Assembly: GCA_035084275.1 (NCBI GenBank)
Contig: CM068750.1
Span: 6,758,001-6,822,000, forward strand
Reading direction: 5' to 3'
DNA length: 64,000 bases
Origin: Hydrolagus colliei
Lineage: Eukaryota
Part shown: in pieces, positions 1-13,425 of the stretch
Layout of the letters: each line of letters opens with the position of its first letter
Numbering within the stretch: position 1 is the stretch's first letter
Program-made: the position numbers and the translations under genes
The notes under the pieces: generated by a model
The model's input: only the letters and a program-made list of their open reading frames with translations
Told to the model about the DNA's origin: nothing
Databases searched by the model: none

Positions 1-2927
1 AATCTGCACCTCAACTGATCTTTTCAATTCCAATTTCCCACTTTCTCCCCATATCCCTTAATATCCTGACCTACCAAAAATACTGTCCAATATCACGTAA
101 AACTCAGCATTTCTCCAGACAATAGTAACCAAGCTTGAAATATGCGGATACCTTTAATTATCTGACATATCTGGATGTTCTGCCCAAACAAATATTTTCT
201 CAGCTACATTCGGTATCACTACTACTAAGTAAACACTGTCACTGTATTGGGGAACAAAGCACAGCAGCATACACAGTTTGGCTAAAGGGCAGGATTGTCT
301 AATTATCTGTAAAAAAATCTTTGATTCTTAGTCAGATAACTTGATATTTACATATTTTGGAAAATAAATCACCAAGTATTCATGGCTGAGATGAATTGAC
401 ACAGAAAGAGACAATAGCTGGTGATGTCTTCGTGCCAGGGGTAAGTGGCAGTATGTTAAATTGGATAATTATCATGGATATTTATCTACGGTATCTAATA
501 TGGAAAGAAAGACCTTGTTAACTGTTATGTACTTGGCCAATACCAATGCAGGGATTAAGTGAAGACTTCCCAAGTGTGAAACACATCCCATTGTTTCAAG
601 GCTAATCATGCTTGTGATTATTTTAGTTTTTGTACATCTTTGGCAGGAAATGTTAAATCGCTTCAAATGTGGAGTGTGACCTTGTGAATTGTGATTTCTC
701 CTAATGGGTAGGAAACTCATGCTGATCTTAGTGGGTGAGAAGGAAAGCTATTTCTATTGAAAGATATCCTTCCTGTGAACACATATTGCGGAACAAATTT
801 GTCGTGAAATGAACCCAACGACTGCAATGAGCAAGAAAAAGCAGCAGCAATGTGACAGATGTGAACCAATAATATATAATGTACATGTGAGTGGCTCTCC
901 AAATAAATTTTGAGCTTGAAGGTTAAACTGTATCAAAATATTATATTGATACAAAACTGCTCTTTAAAGACTGTCAACACTGAGAGCACATAACAAATGA
1001 ACCCACAGACTTGATGCTATACTCTCTGTTAACCGCCACCCACCCCCAAGCATTTATTGATTTGCGACTGTTCCATTTAAAGCTATATTTCTGCCTGTAC
1101 ATACACAAACTTTAAGGCAAACTTCAAACAATTTGACTTAAATGTACGGAACAATTTACTATTCATTTACTAATAATGATGCAGATTTCTCTTCTGGATT
1201 TTGAGCATTTCAAACTAGTGGCTAGCGTTCTTCTTAAAACAGACTGTGTTCACTCCAATGAATGGAGGGATGAGATTGGAACATTTTAACAGATAGCAGA
1301 AAAAGATGCTTTAAATTAGCTGAACTCCTTTGCGTGTAAGTGGATTAAATTTCTCCTAGTACTGCTTGCAATTCTGCCCCCTTGTGAGAGGACATTCAAA
1401 TTGTAAGTGTACATTCAGCACAGCTTTGCAAATAGCAAAGGAGACCATTTCTAATGTAATCATCACTGCAAATCATGGGCTGACATTCCCTCTGTGGCTA
1501 CTTTTAATAACATCATCAAGGCAAATAGGCAAAATGTTATGAGATCATGCTAACAGATGTTTTTCTGATATGTCTTCTTGGAAATTGGTGTAAAATGGGG
1601 GCGAGGAGAATAGTTTATCCTTATTAAAGATTATTATGTCTTATTAAAATTGATTAAAAAGGAAGTCACTTAGGATTATACAAGGAATCTAATTACACCA
1701 CAAATGTGCCTTCTCACACCAAGAGTAGAAGAGTTGAGGTTTATATCATTTGATTTGCATTGAACGGGTCTTGCAGGTTTTTTAAAACAATCTAATAATG
1801 CTTCAATGTTGCACTCAACTATATTCATAATCCTCATATCATAATCTTTCACACAAATGTCAGAACATCTCAAAGCAAAGTAGTGTGTATAGTGTCAAGT
1901 GTAGTGATTGGGTATTTTGTAGGCAAACATTTGGGGGAATGTTGGTTAGGACACTGGGTGAAAGTTACTTCTTTTTGATATTGAAATCATGTGATTGTCA
2001 TATTGCGGGCAACTCAATCGCATAAGTCATAATAATGATTAATGCATTTGATATAACACTGCTAACAATCAAATGTTTAAAAAGGCTTCAGAAGTGACTG
2101 TGAATTTTTCTAAGCAATTGCTAAGGTCAACAGATCCATATGTGTAGTACAAGCAAGATTGGCCAAATGGCCTCCTAAATCCTGGATTTTCTATGGTTAG
2201 ATGATTCTAAGGTTATACTGTAAGTAACTGAACAAAATCACAGTGCAATTCATTGCTATTGCCACAGGAAGGCAGTATAAACACATGTTATTCGGAAATT
2301 CAATTCTGAAGGGGAGTTTGGAATCTGTGTATATAATGTGTTGTATCTATCTCTCTCGCTGTGCTTCTCTCTCCTCACAATCTTTTTCAACAGCATTCAG
2401 TGAACCTCCACTTAAAAGCTGACAGTTAATAGATGCTAGTGGAACTTGAGCATGTCATTGCTAAACTAACTTCATTATATTAAGTAACTGGATCCAGTCT
2501 GGTGCTTGACAGCTACAAGTAACATATTTATGGTGCCTTTGATACAGAAATGTGTCTTGCAGGGTTTTGTAAAATAAGATTAATTAGAAACTAATTGAAT
2601 GTCGTTATGACTGATGTTGGCATTATCAGCCTGTCGAAGCTTCCTATCATATCCGATAAAACCATTAGTGATTTTGTAAATGGCTTTAAGTTTGTCAGTA
2701 TCTAGAGAAAGTTGAAATGTTTTTCTTTTCTTTTCCCACTATAATCAATTCCTGCTGCAAGAATGGCTAACCCTTATGTGACATACTGTACTTAAACCCA
2801 TGTAGATTGCAACAACACAGATCCTGTGTCTTCAGGACAGGCATAGCTAACCGCATGGAGCTTATATTGTTCAATGTCATCAGGGTAGAGGGTATTGGAT
2901 TATTTTATTATAATTGATCTTAATATG

Positions 2928-3230
2928 GAGTCCTATAGCTCAGTGGTTAGAGCCCTCGCCATACAAGTGAGAGACCTGGATTCAATTCCAGGAAGGGCGA
3001 AACCTTAGGCAAGTTTCCTTACTCTACACGTCTAATAATAATCCGTTAAAAAAAATTGCCATTTCAATCCATGACTGTTTGTGGGACACTGCTGTGTGCA
3101 ATTGACTGTCGTATTTCACCCACAAATATACAGTCAATTCACTTTACAGTACTATATATTCCGTGACGCACTTTGAGACATCTAGAAGATGTGAAAAGTG
3201 CTATATCAAATGCAATGATTATTATTATTA
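2928..3230 (+). mobile_element. Full-length tRNA-derived SINE with L2-type tail (SINE2-1_CM-like)
   Basis: tRNA head ggagtcctatagctcagtggttagagc (A box)...gattcaattcc (B box), shared body, stem-loop tail and (ATT)n end. Confidence 0.9.
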
Positions 3231-3795
3231 TAGTGGTGTTAGTTGTAGTGCCTTGGGATGTCCTCCCAAAGTGAAGGCATTCTATAAACGTAATTTTGTT
3301 GTTGTTGTTGTATAAGTTTCATACAGAGGTGGCTGTTGTTTTTCAATGCATGCATTTTTTAATCAGTAAAAGTAGTTTTCTATTTTTTCAATTATCTCCA
3401 ACAGAAGGGAGTTACTCTCAATAAAATATTACATTTTATAGAGCCTTTCACATCAGGAGGACGTCCCAAGGCGCTGGACAGTCAGGAATTTGGATCTGAG
3501 CAATGAATTTGGGATCAAGGTTGGTTAGGTTAGGTAGGGTGGGATAGCCAAAAGCTGGTCTTGATGAGGCAAGGGAGGGAGTGAGGTGAAGGGACTGTGA
3601 GATGGAGTTCCAAAAGCTAACACTCTAATGCAGTTCTGTGTGGCATTGTCCTCCAGATAAAATGTTAAACTGAGATCTTGTCTGTCTGTTTAGGTGGATG
3701 TTAAAGATGCAAAGACTCTATTAGAAAAGTGAAAGGAGTTTCACGTATCCTAGACAGCAATGGCTATTTCTGGCTAGGATAAGAGAATCACATTT

Positions 3796-4393
3796 AACAA
3801 CAACAACAACTTAAACTTATAAAGCGCCTTTCACGTCGGGAGGACGTCCCAAGGCGCTGCACAGGAGGCGTGTGACCCGAGCTGGGAGGGGAGTGTTCGG
3901 GAAGGGGTGAAACACGTAGGGGAGGTCGAAAAATTCGGGGGGGAACAAAAGGCACGGTCGAAGAGGAAAGTCTTCAAACCGGCCTTGAAAGAGGAAAGGG
4001 AAGAAACAAGGCGGAGGGATTGGGGGATGGAATTCTACAGGGTGGGAGCGGAGAAACTGAAGGCCCGGCCTCCAATGGTGGGGCGGTTCGGGCGGGGGGC
4101 TTGGAGCAGGCCAATTCCTGCTGAACGGAGGGTTCGGGTGGGCGTATAGGGGGAAAGTAAGTCAGTTAAGTAGGGTGGGGCAAGACCGTGTAAGGCCTTG
4201 AAGGTGAGGACGAGGATCTTGAACTCGATCCTCTGGAGGATGGGGAGCCAGTGGAGACGGGCGAGGGTGGGGGTTACGTGGTCGCGGAGGCGGGTGCGGG
4301 ATAGTACATGGGCTGCAGAGTTTTGGATGACCTGCAGCCTGTGAATGGAGGAACTGGGGAGGCCGACGAGGAGAGAGTTTCCGTAGTCCAGCA
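3796..4393 (-). mobile_element. L2 LINE 3' fragment (ORF2 C-terminus + tail)
   Basis: ORF 4035..4427 'LDYGNSLLVGLP...LQVIQNSAA...LHWLP...IEFKIL', the typical L2 C-terminus; tail stem-loop + (GTT)n at 3796-3860. Confidence 0.92.
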
Positions 4394-5967
4394 CTTCGAC
4401 TGTTTCTGGAACATTGCTATGCACCAATTGGCTGCTATGTTAGTCTACAAAATATAGTTATTATAGTTTACAGTATATCCTGTGAAGTACTTTGAGACAT
4501 CATCCCGACATGCTATGTCGAATGTAAGGACCATTATAGGATTGGAAAAAGTTTAGAAAAATTCAATTTCATGACAGGAGAAGCCAGTAGCAATTGATAC
4601 AATCATTAATCACAGATTCTATGACTGTAAAAATAAAACTATCAAATGCATATCTGCTGAGTCGTCGAATCTTACGATAACATAATGTGGGGCCTCATTA
4701 TGCATGCATTTACATCCATCAAGAACACAAAATTCCTAAGAGACTCCTCAATTACCTAACAAAGGATTGCACAAAACAGTTGGCAAGAGCGTTGTGTTCT
4801 TTGGGAGTGAAAATCAATTCCTGAGGAATTGAGCAATTGAAAACATTCTAAATCTATTATATTTCTGAATTCACTGACGTTTGGTTTTTCTGTATTCTCA
4901 CTCTCCCCCAGCTACCCATACATTTCACCGGTCAAGATTTAAAAATACTGTACACTGTGTGGTGACTCACAGTTGCAAAAACTAACGTCTAATGGTTTCC
5001 CAATACAGAGCTCTTGTCGGCTGTTGAAAGACGCTAGATAAATTTAATTTGCTATTGTTGCAGTCAGGAGGAAATGTAAAATGGGCTCTCAACATATTTC
5101 ACACAGTAACACTATATTATCAATCAAATATTCCATTAGCGAACCAACACAGGAAGGACTATCCCGGGATTTTGCCTCCTTGATTCACACCTGAAATCCT
5201 CTGTCAAAGTTTTGCCTTTATGGCTATTTTGTTGGTCGAACAATAAGACTTGGAAAACTGCACATAAACATATCCACAGATTTTACATGACTGGAATGTT
5301 GGATTTCAGGATTGATATAAGAAATATATACAAATATATACAAATAGCAAATGTTACATTGATAACAACAAACAATGTTAGATCATCCAAACTACAAGCA
5401 TTATATGGTCAGCTGCAACAATGAACTTGTTTCTTCCCGTGAAGTGAACATTTTTATTAAAAATTCAGAAATCAGAAATTGTATGGAAACAGCTGACATT
5501 ATCTTGCTCTCAATACTGTATTTCACAGTTCTGTATACACTGTTCCTTAAAATGATGAGGAAGTCTTTATGGAGTATATAGTGAGAAATTATTTATGTAT
5601 ACAGTACATGCAAAGATCCACATGATCTTTAATCATGGTTTAGCCATCAGGAGAAACCCCCTTCTGCTTTTGAATAGTGTAGATAATGTGTTTTAGAAAA
5701 GCGAAGCAGTAAGTACTTATTCCATGAAAATGTATTCAGCAGCACAAGTGGAAAATGATTCTTATTCGTTGATCTTGTGCTGGAAGTGCTATATTTCACT
5801 GTGAAGGAAATAAACTAATAAAATACATTTGGCAAGCCTTATATTACAAGTAAATTGTATTAAAGTTCTCAATAAACTTTTGCTGTTTTCCTCTGCTACT
5901 GAATGGCAATAGATCATTGGTTCAAAGAAGGGTGCCTCCCTTCTTTGATCCAGGCACAGAGAGACTA

Positions 5968-6480
5968 CAACAATAGCAACAACAAAATGACATTTGTAAA
6001 GCACATTTCACGTCGGGAGGATGTCCCAAGGCACTGACCAGTTAGGCATCAGGACCCAGGTGTGGAGGGCATGGATGGGATGAGGGAGGGCAGAGATGTC
6101 GGAGGGTCGCTGAAGGCAAGGGCGAAAAGGAAGGTATTGAATCCAGCCTTGAAGGAGGCAAAATGAAGGGATTGTGACAGTACCTTGGGAGGTCCTCCCG
6201 ACATAAAGGGCGCTCTATAAATGTAATTTTATTGTTGTGGGATGGAGTTCTAAAGAGTGGTAGCAGGAGAGGCTAAAAGCCCGGCCATCGATGGTTTGGG
6301 CGGGTCGGGCAGGAGACATGGAGCAGACCAGAGCCCACTGAATGGAGGGAGTGGACAGGTTGATAGGTGGTTAACGGGTCAGAGAGGTAGGAGGGGTAAG
6401 GTGGCCTGGCTTTGAAAGTTAGGGCAAGGATTTTGAATTCTATCCACTGAAGAATGGCAGCAAGTGGAGCTGGGCATAAG
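5968..6480 (-). mobile_element. L2 LINE 3' fragment with a nested opposite-strand L2 tail (6178-6234)
   Basis: Similar to the 3796 copy; the nested tail is flanked by TTGTG on both sides. Confidence 0.8.
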
Positions 6481-6924
6481 TCTTTTCTTTCGAAAAAAAA
6501 GACATTTTGTGAAAGCAGAGCAGCTCATGGAATTCTGAAAGCAGCTGGAACAAAAAACACTAGCGTGGGGACAGGGGTAACAAAGCTGACAATTTGATGA
6601 TATCAGTAAACATCTTGAATTGCTTAAACTCTTCAACTTAAACTCACCATGATTTTGTGCATTATTCTATACTTCAGCATATATTCCAGTAAAATAGAAT
6701 GCTTGTGGGAATATGCCGGTTCTCCATTCCAGGTCTAATGAAGTTCAAAAAAGGTAGTTTAAGATCTCTGGGCAGTAACTTTGCATATTTTGTAGATGTT
6801 GCAGATTCACTTTTACAAGTAACCATTCAGTGAGCTCAACAGTACAACAGTAACACTGATAAATCATCAAATCCTGTTTATAGTTACTTGGCACTTGGCT
6901 ATCAATTGCAATTGAACACATTAA

Positions 6925-7140
6925 TAATAATAATAATCCCCCCCAAGAAAAAACAATAATAAATTGGTCATTTCATTCCACGACTGTTTGTGGGGCACTG
7001 CTGTGCGCAATTGGCTGCCACATTTCACCAACTCAAAGATACAGTCAATTCACTTTACGGTATATTCTATGAAGCGCTTTGAGACGTCTAGAATATGTGG
7101 AAAGCTCTATATCAAATGCAAGGATTATTATTATTATAAT
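6925..7140 (+). mobile_element. tRNA-SINE, 5'-truncated
   Basis: Body and tail match the other copies. Confidence 0.85.
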
Positions 7141-7407
7141 TGTCATTGAAATGTTTCTCTTTGTCCTGTCTATCTCCTGTGCAATGGTTCACACTGCCAG
7201 CCCACCACTTGAACAACTGACCTCATCCCCAACAGGACAAGCAGCTAGCCTCTGACACTTCCAGCCCAGGCCTCCCCTCCCGCGCTGCCCTCAATGAGAC
7301 AGAAGGTCTTCACTGCGCACTTTGTATGGAACATTTCAGGTTACCTCAGTCTGACCACCAGACTAGAATTGTACACAGTTATCTAACCACATCAATGCAC
7401 AACTTAA

Positions 7408-7690
7408 ATAATAATAACCCCTGCATTTGATTAAGTGCTTTCCACGCCTTCCAGGCGTCTCAAAGCGCTTCACAGAATATACTCTATATATGTGGCTGAA
7501 ACGCGGCAGCCAATTGCAGTGTCCCACAAATAGTCGTGGATTGAAATGACCAAATTATCATTGTTTTTTTTGAGGGATTATTATTAGGCATGAGGAGTAA
7601 ATAAGCTTGCCCAAAGATTCACCCTGCTTGGAATTGAACCCAGGTATCTCACTTGTAAGGCGAGTGCTCTAACCACTGAGCTACAGGACA
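7408..7690 (-). mobile_element. tRNA-SINE, near full length
   Basis: Reverse complement of the same head (ctctaaccactgagctacaggac), body and tail. Confidence 0.88.
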
Positions 7691-8847
7691 TTTCTGTGTT
7701 ATTAACTAATGGTATAACTATTGGTAGTCAGAAAATAATAAAATTGGTGTGTAATCCTGGCCAGAACTACAGTAAATAAACCAAGAAGCAACTAAAGTAC
7801 CCATTCAGGTTTGAGGTTATTAAAGCTGAAAAATAATATACTGTACATTTAAATTGAGCAAACATAAGAATTAATATTTGATCCACTTCATAGAGCTGCT
7901 TGCATTGCCATGTATGCTTATCAGTACTATTATTGATTTAAATAAATAATTTTTTATTTATTGATTCTAAAATGTGTCCAAGGACTTTAAAAAGAGAGTA
8001 CACTGTGTCAAATCTTTAGCGTTAACAATTAGTTAATAGATACCACTTAAATATAACTTTTTGGGAGGATGTCTACCCTGGTTTCTTTCATGAGCTAATG
8101 AAGGGAATCAGAGGAAAATCTACAATCTTGTTTAACTAGTGTTAATCATTATTTTCTATCCATTGAAAGTTGAAATATTTCGGCGGATAGATACAATACT
8201 AAAGGAAAACTAGTACAGTACTCTGTTAGATTCTATTCTGGGACTGAAGATCACATTAACCTACAATTTCATAGTTTCTTCAAAAGATGCGCTAAACAAT
8301 AGCGTTAATGTGAACATAGCAGGAGCTTCTGTCCTTTACATGCTTAAAGGCTTTTTGTTGTAATTTAATATGATTTATGAGCTTTAATATGATTTATGAG
8401 GATCTAAACTCAAAAATTCTGAAGTGACTTATTACTGTAGTGTCAATGTTTAAGTTTGAAATGGGAAATCTGGGAAATCAAACTAATGTCTCTTGATTGT
8501 GAGGTGAGCGTTCCACCCACTGTGATACAGGACTCCTGAACAGAAAGTGTGCCTGAATATACAACATGAACATCCTGTATCCTCCTACTTCCACGGATCA
8601 GCACAAGCACTGATTGTAAACATCTTGTTCTTTTCATCCAGTAGATAAAATATAGAAGAATCTATCAAATATGTGGCACAAGAAGCAAATGAAGCTTGTA
8701 TGAAATGAGAGCTTTTTGATTTGATAGGCTCCGATGAAGGGAGAGTGGAAATGTTAGGATAGGGTTGTGGATGCATTCGCAGAGGTGGAGAAAGCGCAAG
8801 AGAGAGATCAAAGTAAAAGAGCCAAGGGAAAATCTTGAGTTAATAGA

Positions 8848-9372
8848 TAATAATAATAATAATAATCCTTGCATTTTATGTAATGCTTTATCATGTCTTC
8901 GAAACTTCTCAAAGTGCTTCACAGAATATACTGTCAAATGAACTGACTGTATTTTGTGGATAAATTCAAAGGGTAACAACAACTTGAGCAACAAATTGCA
9001 TTTATATAATAATAATAATCCTTGCATTTGATAAGCACTTTTCACGACTTCTAGATGTCTCAAAGCACTTCACAGAGTATGCTATAAAGTGAATTGACAG
9101 TATATGTGTAGTGCCTGCTTTGAAGGACTTATAATAATGATAATGTAATTTGATATCGCTGCTTTCAAGATGGGACCATATCTTAAAAGAGTTTCACAGG
9201 ACATATAATAGTGCATTTTACTGTATATTTTGTAGGCAAATATAAACTAGAGCTTTTATATATAATAATAATCCTTGCATTTGATATAGCGCTTTTCACA
9301 TCTTATCGACGTCTCAAAGCATTTCACAGAATATACTGTAAAGTGAATTGACGGTATATTTATAGGTGAAAT
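8848..9372 (-). mobile_element. Cluster of three or four SINE 3' fragments
   Basis: Repeated 'aataatccttgcatttgat...tctcaaagc.cttcacagaatatactgt' at about 8850, 9008 and 9262. Confidence 0.85.
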
Positions 9373-11069
9373 TTATATTGTATATACAGTATATACCCAT
9401 TACAACATTGTAAAATAATTTTATTTGGGTCTAAGTAAACAAAAATCATTAAAAAAACAGAAAAGTGAATGACAATTGGATTGGTGTTTGTTCCCATTGA
9501 AGCATTTTATTCCCATTAAAGTGTCAACACCCCAATCAACTTCAACAGTAATTTCCCTTGGGCCAATGAAGGCGGTGCGATAGCTGTGTTAGTAATTTCA
9601 ATATCTGAACTCGCAGATTGAACTCCATAACCTCTGGATGCTTCAGGAAATTCCTAACGTTCCCCCCCCCCCACCTGGATTCAGCTAAAGACCTGAATTT
9701 TGGGATCACACCCCCACTGCTATCTGGTTCCAAGTTTGACCGAGGACTACAGTTCCCCCTTCCTTTGACCTGGGCTGAAGACCAGTTCTCAGTATTTCCG
9801 CCTTCACAGGGTTCCTTTCCAACCCTTCAATGGTGTAACTGCAGTGCCTATTACAAATTGGGCTAAATAAGGCTAAATTTAATGTCTAAATTTAATGTAT
9901 TTCCTTTTAATTATTAATTGTTTGAGTGTGGAAACTTTACGAAATGCATTACACAAGGCATTCACATCTCACTTCCTTCTAACAGAAAGTCAATAGCCAT
10001 TGGCAAATATGATCTGTTTCTATTCACTCGTACAGATTGCTGGGATACAATTTACCTTAATGGGATACACTGTATAATAGTGTTGAACACGAACATCGAT
10101 TTTAATCCCATTGAGCTGTTAACCTGATTAATTTTCTAAGCATTCGCGTGTGAAATGCTCCAAATTCCGAGTATTGCTCCCCAGTTAATAAATCACTCAT
10201 TGCAGGATTCAGCTTTAAATATACATATAATACATGTTGCAAGCACTGTGCCAAGTATAACAATCTGCTTTGTGAGGTCACCAGTACTAAACGCTTGAGC
10301 TGGTTTTTGACCGAGATAATAACAACAAAATTACTTTTGTATAGCGGCTTCCACATCAGGAGGAGGGAGACGTGAAAACATACATTTCGAGAGAATAGAA
10401 AGAGGCAAAACAGAGAGACAATTACCCATTGAAGGATAGGCAGAACTGTAATGAATAATGAATAAAGTCAATATCTCTTTATGTCATTTTATTCTGTGAC
10501 CTACATCCTGCTGCGTCCACTACAATAATGTGTCCTCTCAAATCATGCAGATCACAAACGCTAAGAAGCGCAGTCTCAGATTCAAAGCTAAGCGTTAGAT
10601 AGAAGTGTTACAGAGCTACTTTAGAAAATAAGCATTTCCTCGTCATATTTGAATTAAAACTCCAATGTCAGTTTGTGCACAGATGTTGTGCAGCTAACCG
10701 CCCACTGCTCGCCAAACCATTCGGTTTGTGAGATTGCTCAATGAGAATCAATAGAGTGTAGGAAGGAAGGTGGTTTGAGTTCATACTTGTTGAGGATTAA
10801 TTCCATTATGGAAATTGCATCCTGGACATCCTCTTACTGTTCACCCCTGAGGCAACACGTTTGGTAAATCGCTCTTTTGTTCTCTTACACATTGTGATGA
10901 CCAAGGAGGCAACCATAAAGAGCAAACAAAAGGCTTCCTGTCTTTGTCTACACATACACAGCAATTCTTCGTTAAGTACCTTTGTGCCATTTCAGTGCTC
11001 GGGGAGTGCATATTAAATGCAAGGGTCGTTATTAATTAATCAAATAATAATAATAATCGTTGCAATTGT

Positions 11070-11168
11070 AGGATACTGCAGATGCTGAAAATCTGAATCA
11101 AAAGCAGAAGTGGCCGGGAACACTCAGCAGGTCAGGCAGCATCTATGGAGAAAGGAAAGTGAGTCACT
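11070..11168 (-). mobile_element. Penelope-like terminus truncated before the hammerhead motif
   Basis: 'atactgcagatgctgaaaatctgaatc...cagcaggtcaggcagcatctatggagaaagg'. Confidence 0.7.
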
Positions 11169-11199
11169 CGTTGCATTTGGTATAGGGGATCTTTTATGT

Positions 11200-11570
11200 T
11201 GGGAGGAAGTCTCAAAGCACTTACTGTGAAGTGGAGTGATATTTATTTGTCGGTAAATAAGCTCACCTGAGCACAAATAGCCATGAAATGAATGATCAAT
11301 CCTTTTGGGGTGGGAGGGGGTGGGGGGACTGTTGGCTGTTGGCCAGAACACCAGGAAAGTAAAAAAAAAATTCTAGCATTGCCAATGGATCTTCTGTAGC
11401 ATTCACCTGAACAGGTAAATAGGACATTGGTTTGCTAACTCATTTGAAGGATGACACTTCTGATAATGCAACACATCCCTGCACTGCATTGGAATGTCAG
11501 GCTAACATAGACTATGTTAGTTCAAGTTCAAATGTGGAGCCAGACGTCTTAGACTAAGATACGTGATAAC
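11200..11570 (-). mobile_element. Old Deu-domain SINE (SacSINE1/AmnSINE1-like)
   Basis: 'ggatcttct...cacctgaacagg...ttggtttg...ctcatttgaaggatgacacttctgataatgcaacac.tccctgcactgcattgg' matches the reverse Deu domain. Related pieces at about 3630-3770 (+), 28050-28205, 46120-46230, 48020-48190, 60020-60280, 61050-61340 and 62850-62915 (+). Confidence 0.65.
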
Positions 11571-12019
11571 AAAGTGCTTTGCAAATGTATCCCGCTACAC
11601 ACAAAAACGTATTTCATATATTATTTTTATATAAGGATGCCAAATGCAACCAGTTCAAAATGTTTCCTGTGGTTTATACATAATTCCTCTCTGTAAGGAA
11701 AAATATATTTCACATGCTTGGTTGTGGTGAGTTGCTAAACCTAGTGTGTAATGAATCTCTTCATTGAGCAAGAGAGCCATCAAGGGACCAACAGATATTA
11801 ACCCTGATAAACCACCTCGGGGCATTTTAGAAAAGTTGAATCTACACACTGACTTCCACTTGACTATCGCAAATGCAATTACTGTTGATCCGCAAGCTAA
11901 CTGCAGGAAGCTGCCAAGCCTCATTCACCAACAAAATTACACTTGTATAGCGCCTTTCACGTCAGGAGGACGTCCCAACGTGAGACAGATGGTAACAATA
12001 AAGCATTTCACGCGATATC

Positions 12020-12350
12020 ATTATAATCCTTGTATTTGATAGAACGCTTTTCATGTCTTCTAGACATCTCACAGAATATTGTGTGAAGTGAGTTGATTGT
12101 ACAGTGTATATATAATTGTGGGCAAAATGCGGCAACCAATTCTGCACAGCAGTGTCCCGCAAACTCTCGTGGGTGGATTGAGTGACCAAATGTTTTTTTT
12201 AATTTAAGGATTATTCACCCCGGAAAAGGCGGTCTGCCAATCGACTAACAATCGGGCTATTATCTACTTCTCGGTAAATGGGCAAGTGACAGATGGAAAC
12301 TTGCCCAAACATTTCGCCGGGCAGGAATTAAAACCGGTTCTCATCCTGTC
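12020..12350 (-). mobile_element. Diverged tRNA-SINE upstream of the PTGDR promoter
   Basis: Tail and body similarity; head remnant 'ggaaacttgcccaa' at about 12295. Confidence 0.75.
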
Positions 12351-12619
12351 CCAGTGTGTGTGTTGTGGGTGAACAGAATGTATGCCTGGGTACTCCTCTA
12401 TACTGCAATACTGGAATTTTATTTTCACTGGTCTGTGTTACACTAACTAGTCAGTGCAAATTTATGAAAGTTATTGGTCATCCTCGACTGCCAAAGGGCG
12501 ACACGTTCAGTAAATCCCTCCCTTTTCTCCCTTACTCGTTGCGATGAGTGAGGAGAGAGACCAACCCACTTCTATTTTTTTTGTTGCGGGGGGGGGGGGG
12601 GGGGGCGGATAACGAATAG

Positions 12620-12835
12620 GAGCGTTCCTGACGCTCCCACACAAAACACACACACCCACAGACACACACAATACCAGTGTGCGGGATTCAACCCCTTGAA
12701 AATGTGGATCTGATTGGTAAATAAAACCAATGAGAAAGACACGTGTTTATTCCGAGGCGGAAATCTGCCTCAAAAATACACACACACCCACACCCACATT
12801 GCATAAAAAGATCTCTTGAGTTATAAGCGGCGACT
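12620..12835 (+). promoter_or_regulatory. Putative PTGDR proximal promoter
   Basis: CpG-retaining segment with an inverted CCAAT (ATTGG 12713-12717), CCAAT 12727-12731, C/EBP-like TTGCATAA about 12799-12806 and TATAA about 12822, roughly 600 bp before the ATG. TSS not determinable. Confidence 0.45.
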
Positions 12836-12852
12836 GTAGTTTGAAACGTCCC

Positions 12853-13332
12853 ATGGATGAATGGATGGATAGATGGATGGACTGTTGATGGATGGATTGA
12901 TTGATGGATGGGTGGATGGATTGATGGATTCGTTATTAGCGCAACTCCTACCTATCGAAAGCGCGGATTTTTAGTCCTTGATTTTTTTTTTCCCATTCAC
13001 GTGTTCAAGTTCAGTCTGTACCTGTACCTGCTCGGTTAAAGGGGACCGAGTTGCCCTGAGAGTTTGGACAAGTTACCAACCAGCCAACCAACCAACCAAC
13101 CAACCAACCAAACCAACCAACCAAACCAGCCGGCCAGTAGTCACCAAAACCACACTGACTTGATTCGCACAACTTCAAATAGAGAGAGAGAGAGAGAGAT
13201 TGGAGAGAGAGAGAGAGAGAGTTTAGAAAGACAGAGATTGGAAAGAGAAAGAGAGAGATTGGGGAGAGAGAGAAAGAGAGAGATTGGGGAGAGAGAGAAA
13301 GAGTGAGATTGGGGAGAGAGAGAAAGGGAGAG
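12853..13332 (+). repeat. Compound microsatellites (GGAT)n, (CCAA)n, (GA)n 5' of the PTGDR ATG
   Basis: Directly visible: GGAT/GATT 12853-12930, CCAA 13075-13125, GA-rich units 13180-13332. Confidence 0.9.
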
Positions 13333-13425
13333 ATTTTATAAAAAGTGGGTTGGTGAGGTGTGAGTGGTGGGAGTGGTGGGGGGGGGGGGGAGGAAGAGGG
13401 GAGAGAGAGAGGTGGATTGGAAGGG

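Noticed and set aside
754-1873. Possible - strand exons (1676..1873 ORF and cag|TCGTTGGG terminal exon about 828-754) of an upstream gene such as NID2
   Set aside because: Splice sites are mediocre and the peptides match nothing I recognise.
2928-3000. tRNA gene
   Set aside because: tRNA-like A/B boxes are the SINE head, continuous with the SINE body; no complete cloverleaf.
13360-13425. N-terminal extension MSGGSGGGGGEEEGRERGG of the ORF track
   Set aside because: Starts at GTG in a G/GA simple-repeat tract; the first true ATG at 13426 gives a normal DP-length N-terminus with an NST sequon.
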